A stretch of DNA of 64,000 bases from Tubiluchus corallicola (taxonomy: Eukaryota; Animalia; Priapulida). The stretch is taken from positions 55,685 through 119,684 of the forward strand of contig JAQGDQ010002391.1 of assembly GCA_030141605.1 (NCBI GenBank), written 5' to 3'. Under the pieces are notes generated by a model. That model searched no databases, had not been told where the DNA came from, and saw only the letters and a list, made by a program, of their open reading frames with translations. Position 1 is the stretch's first letter. Every line of letters begins with the position of its first letter. Made by a program: the position numbers and the translations under genes. Below are positions 59,837 to 64,000 of this stretch, piece by piece.

Positions 59837-60922
59837 ACTTTTCAACTTCAATATTTCCTCTTTTAAATAACTCACATTTTGCAACCCTTCTATTTTATTG
59901 CAACTCTCTAATTGCTTTATACAGCTTTTAAGGTTAAAATTATATTGATTGGCAAATACAAAATATCCTTTTTCGCCTAAGTACTTTGCCAAATATTCTT
60001 GTTCTGTTTGTCCAGTAGTAGGCACTAATATTGCATTCTTTTGTAAGGCTATTAAATCCATCACAGTGGTATAACCAGCACGCGACACAACATACTTAGC
60101 ACTATTAAGAAGATATTTTAAACTCTGGGAACTAATATGAGAAACAAACTTTATATTAGCTTTTTTACTTATTTCCTTTTGGCTGGGTTGTCCTTTTATT
60201 ACTATTGACTTCAAGCCAAGTTTATGCAATTGTTTTACTACTATTTTTTCAAATATAGTTTTTTGCGGTTCAGGTCCTGATAAAATAACAACCGCATCAA
60301 AACCTATTAAGTGCTTATCCTCTGATTGTTTTATATCCATCAACTTAGAAATTGCACCTATATATACAGCATTAGAAGGAACATAACTATGACTCAAATC
60401 GCCAGTTAAGCTATTACTCCTACTTGTATTATCAGGAATCCAACATCTATCGTACCAAGCAAAGGCTAAGTATTTATGAAAAAAATAAGTTAAACCCTCC
60501 AAATAACGAAAAATAACTGGAAGTTTTACTACCAGTTGATGAGTAATGTAGATAGAATAAGCCTTTCTACTCCATAACCCAAACCTATTATCAGAAATAA
60601 CAATATCAATATTGTGTTTCTTTACAAGCTTTTGCAACCACAAATGCTCCCTTAACGTTCCGAATAATATAGCAGGAAGTAATAAAAGAAATTTCCATAC
60701 TTGACTTTTCCCCTTAGAATACTGGACTTTATAAGCAGCTGGCAGCTTAACTGTCTCTACCTCTGGCAATTCCTCCTTTATCAATTCATAGGGCAGTCCT
60801 GCAGTAGCCACAAAAACTTTAAATCCCTGTTTCAACAGTTTTCTAACGATATATATGTCCCTACTTGCGTGCCCCAACCCCCAATCCAGTGGACAAACAA
60901 GAACTTTTTTTAGGCTTTTCAT
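59831..60922 (-). CDS. GT-B glycosyltransferase (GT28 C-terminal-like)
   Basis: PLDWGLGHASR, ISDNRFG, SGPEPQ, SRAGYTTVMDL, PTTGQTEQEYLA. Confidence 0.88.
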   Translation of the reverse strand: MKSLKKVLVCPLDWGLGHASRDIYIVRKLLKQGFKVFVATAGLPYELIKEELPEVETVKLPAAYKVQYSKGKSQVWKFLLLLPAILFGTLREHLWLQKLVKKHNIDIVISDNRFGLWSRKAYSIYITHQLVVKLPVIFRYLEGLTYFFHKYLAFAWYDRCWIPDNTSRSNSLTGDLSHSYVPSNAVYIGAISKLMDIKQSEDKHLIGFDAVVILSGPEPQKTIFEKIVVKQLHKLGLKSIVIKGQPSQKEISKKANIKFVSHISSQSLKYLLNSAKYVVSRAGYTTVMDLIALQKNAILVPTTGQTEQEYLAKYLGEKGYFVFANQYNFNLKSCIKQLESCNKIEGLQNVSYLKEEILKLKSL

Positions 60923-60927
60923 CTTTT

Positions 60928-61698
60928 TTAGTCTGACACCTGAATAGGTACTCCAAGCATTTCCACTTTTTGGGCAATGGTTTGCAAATCTTTTATATCT
61001 ACCTTTTCTAAAGTATCTATTGGAGTATCTCTATCTATGGAATAGATCATTACCTGCTTAGGCTGTATTCTTTGTATATAGCCTAACCATTTTTCTAAAT
61101 TCTGCGTATTGTCTATTTGAACTCCTTTATAGCTCCCTCTAACAAAAAGAGTTTGTACTATTATATTACCATCAAACCTTTCATAATTCTTTATCACCTC
61201 TTCCAAATTATACTTGCCCACAGGTTGATTAATAAGTTGAATTTCATCATAATTACCAGAATCTAATTTCAGAATATTATTCTCCACCTCATTTAAGGCT
61301 TCAAATACACTTTGCTTTTTCACCATCGTTCCGTTAGATAATACTGATATTTCGGCCTTAGGAAAATATTTGTTTCGCAAAGCAATTGTATCCTTTATTA
61401 TTTCCTGAAAATGAGAATGCAATGTAGGCTCTCCATTACCTGCAAACGTAATGTTATCTATCCTTTCTTGCTTTTCCTTCATTTGAAAAAGTACCAGCTC
61501 TAAATTTTGCTTTATTTCTTCTCTGGAAGGTAATTTAGACTTCTGTTGTCCTGTAGAGTTGAAACCACATTCGCAATAAATACAATTGAACGAGCAAATC
61601 TTAGCACCAGATGGCAATAGATTGATTCCCAAAGAATTGCCCAACCTTCTGCTTTTAACAGGTCCAAATATTATTTTATCAAACAAAAATGTTGCCAT
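60928..61698 (-). CDS. Radical SAM protein
   Basis: FGPVKSRRLGNSLGINL, CSFNCIYCECG, GNGEPTLH; ATG 61698 preferred. Confidence 0.92.
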   Translation of the reverse strand: MATFLFDKIIFGPVKSRRLGNSLGINLLPSGAKICSFNCIYCECGFNSTGQQKSKLPSREEIKQNLELVLFQMKEKQERIDNITFAGNGEPTLHSHFQEIIKDTIALRNKYFPKAEISVLSNGTMVKKQSVFEALNEVENNILKLDSGNYDEIQLINQPVGKYNLEEVIKNYERFDGNIIVQTLFVRGSYKGVQIDNTQNLEKWLGYIQRIQPKQVMIYSIDRDTPIDTLEKVDIKDLQTIAQKVEMLGVPIQVSD

Positions 61699-61884
61699 AT
61701 ACATATTAGCGAATACAATGCAAAAGTAGAAAAACAGAATGAATAAAAAATTTATAATTGTATAAATACAAGTATAAGTCAATGAACTTATAGTTTTGAA
61801 GTTAGTATAAAAAAACTAACTCCAAAACTATCAATCTCTACAAACTTGTTTTGCAGGATTATAATATCAATTCCTTGTTTATAC

Positions 61885-63165
61885 CTATTCAGCAAACAAA
61901 GGCAATGGAGACATCAGAACATTAACATCTTGCTTTATAGATACAACAAGTTTTTCATTTTCTATATTTTGAAGCACCTTATCTATCATATCCACTATTA
62001 CAAGTGCCTGCTCCTTACCTACCCCCCGTGTAGTAATAGCAGATGCTCCTATGCGGATACCCGAAGTTTGAAAAGGAGAACGATTATCAAAAGGCACCAT
62101 ATTTTTATTAATAGTAATATCTGCCAAGCCTAAAACCCTTTCTGCCACTTTACCTGTAAGATTCGGAAATTTAGCACGTAAATCTATAAGAAACGAATGA
62201 TTATCCGTACCACCTGTAATTACAGAGTATCCCTTTTCAATAAAAGCCTTTGCCATAGTGCGTGCATTTTCTCTATTCTGAGTTTGATACTTCTTAAACT
62301 CAGGAGTCAAAGCCTCTAAGAAAGACACTGCCTTAGAAGCTATTACGTGTTCTAGAGGACCACCTTGTATTCCAGGAAATACTGCGGAGTTTATAATAGA
62401 AGACATCATTCGTGTAACTCCTTTAGGTGTTTTCTTGCCCCAAGGGTTTTCAAAATCTTTGCCAATAAGTATTATTCCACCTCTCGGACCACGTAAAGTC
62501 TTGTGCGTAGTAGAAGTTACAATATGAGCATACTTTAAAGGGTTGTTCAACAAGCCTGCTGCAATAAGTCCCGCAGGATGTGCCATATCTACCATAAATA
62601 TAGCATCAACACTATCAGCTATTTCTCGCATACGTTTATAATCCCACTCGCGCGAATAGGCAGAAGCACCTCCTACAATTAATTTAGGCTTATGTTTTTG
62701 GGCTTGTGCTTCTATCATTTCGTAATCTACTAAACCTGTATCTTCTTTTACGTTATAACTAACTGCCTTGTAAAGAATTCCTGATAAATTGACAAACGAA
62801 CCGTGAGAAAGATGTCCTCCGTGTGCAAGGTCTAAGCCTAAAAATGTATCTCCTGCATTAAGACAAGCAAGAAACACAGCTGCATTGGCTTGTGCTCCTG
62901 AATGTGGCTGCACGTTAGCATACTCGGCATTAAATAACTCTTTTAGTCGGTCTATAGCAAGCTGCTCCGTTTTATCCACTACCTCACATCCCCCGTAATA
63001 GCGAGCGTTAGGATAACCCTCAGCATATTTATTAGTAAGACAGCTGCCCATTGCTTCCATTACTTGATTACTAACAAAATTTTCAGAAGCAATAAGTTCT
63101 ATACCTCTTTTTTGTCGTTCTTCTTCTTCTTTAATGAGACTAAATATAGTTGTATCTCTTTTCAT
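61885..63165 (-). CDS. glyA: Serine hydroxymethyltransferase
   Basis: [34 protein letters not shown]. Confidence 0.98.
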   Translation of the reverse strand: MKRDTTIFSLIKEEEERQKRGIELIASENFVSNQVMEAMGSCLTNKYAEGYPNARYYGGCEVVDKTEQLAIDRLKELFNAEYANVQPHSGAQANAAVFLACLNAGDTFLGLDLAHGGHLSHGSFVNLSGILYKAVSYNVKEDTGLVDYEMIEAQAQKHKPKLIVGGASAYSREWDYKRMREIADSVDAIFMVDMAHPAGLIAAGLLNNPLKYAHIVTSTTHKTLRGPRGGIILIGKDFENPWGKKTPKGVTRMMSSIINSAVFPGIQGGPLEHVIASKAVSFLEALTPEFKKYQTQNRENARTMAKAFIEKGYSVITGGTDNHSFLIDLRAKFPNLTGKVAERVLGLADITINKNMVPFDNRSPFQTSGIRIGASAITTRGVGKEQALVIVDMIDKVLQNIENEKLVVSIKQDVNVLMSPLPLFAE

Positions 63166-63502
63166 AATACCTGTATATATATTGTATTGTACGTTTTTAA
63201 GAGGCCAAAGTTAAGATATTTTTTTGAGAAGAAGGCATATAGCTCAACCAAGAAACAATATCGCTTACAAAACTCCTTCCCAAATAATAGTTATTAACAA
63301 GTTATCAACTATTTATTTGCAACAATACACTACAAAGTTTTAACTTATTAAAATAAATTATGTTAAGAACAACACTTGGAATAAAATTTGAAATTCTATG
63401 AGAGGTAAAACAAACAAAAGTAAATTATAATGTTTTAAACTATGAAAAAACACAAAGAAAGCCTTGCTGTGCAACACAACACGGCTACTTTTTATCTTTT
63501 TT

Positions 63503-64000
63503 TTAAGGACAGTCTGTAAGTGGGTTATAAGAAACAAACTTTTTTTCAACCTTATCCCAATATTGACAGTATGTTTCATTTGGATCTATATTATCTACAA
63601 TAAATCCTTCACATTTTATATTTTCATCTATATCTAAAGATTTTAGAGCTTCAATATTATCTATATTCAAAGTTTCAAGTTGTTCATTGAGGTGGCAACG
63701 CAACCATCCTAAACCACTATTGTTGTTTAAATCCAAACTCGTGAACTGGTTTTCACTGCAATTCAAAATCACTAATGACTCATTTACATTCAAGCTCGTG
63801 AGATTATTGTCATAGCAAACCAACCGAATTAAAGACGTACTGCCACTTACATCCAAACTATCTAGCTCGTTCCCATGGCAATTCAAGTCCGTTAAAGCTT
63901 TATTACTGCTTACATCCAAACTCGTGAGTTTATTACCACCGCAGTACAAAGTGTCTAAAACCGTATTGCTGCTTACATCCAAACTCGCGAGTCTACTATT
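63503..64000 (-). CDS. Leucine-rich-repeat protein, 3' part (starts beyond window)
   Basis: 21-aa units LDVS.N..L..L.C..N.L.S; frame stays open to position 64000. Confidence 0.88.
   Translation of the reverse strand, partial: NSRLASLDVSSNTVLDTLYCGGNKLTSLDVSSNKALTDLNCHGNELDSLDVSGSTSLIRLVCYDNNLTSLNVNESLVILNCSENQFTSLDLNNNSGLGWLRCHLNEQLETLNIDNIEALKSLDIDENIKCEGFIVDNIDPNETYCQYWDKVEKKFVSYNPLTDCP

Noticed and set aside
63291-63368. DnaA-box-like ttattaaca/ttatcaact and XerD-like ttatgttaaga
   Set aside because: Too few and too degenerate for AT-rich DNA; the partner arm and spacing do not fit dif
3807-63579. Many short ORFs in the track that are antisense to or overlap known genes (e.g. 6741-7013, 17757-18170, 35176-35667, 63358-63579)
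   Set aside because: Shadow frames of well-supported genes or AT-rich noise with no motifs

Overview
Low-GC chromosomal window from a Bacteroidota bacterium (SusC/SusD pair, TAnnTTTG promoters, lipobox + acidic export signals). Most of it is housekeeping: uxaA 5' end with a divergent LacI regulator, pdxJ, an RluA-family synthase, rpmH, rsmG, dcp, recR, waaA, tatA, apbE, pth, rplY, prs, yggS, nth and glyA. There is also a wzx/wzy glycan locus at 21.9-28.5 kb. The most striking region is a ~9.5 kb tandem array of four paralogous surface-lipoprotein genes between recR and waaA (29.6-39.1 kb). They are built from Ig-like ~92-aa repeats, a shared linker module and GLUG-type repeats. One full-architecture copy is intact, two have 5' lesions but keep long open bodies, and one has amplified its Ig repeat 9 times and lost its GLUG half. 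The copies are segmental mosaics of each other. Three of them are followed by a repeated 14-6-14 inverted repeat whose 6-bp spacer occurs in both orientations. This fits a recombination-driven surface-antigen diversification locus, which is inference: no recombinase or reverse transcriptase is in the window. Several decayed gene relics not called by the ORF track are readable (SusD tail, AlaRS tail, Stealth phosphotransferase). No tRNA, rRNA, CRISPR array or transposase was recognised. All family calls are from motif recognition, not database searches.
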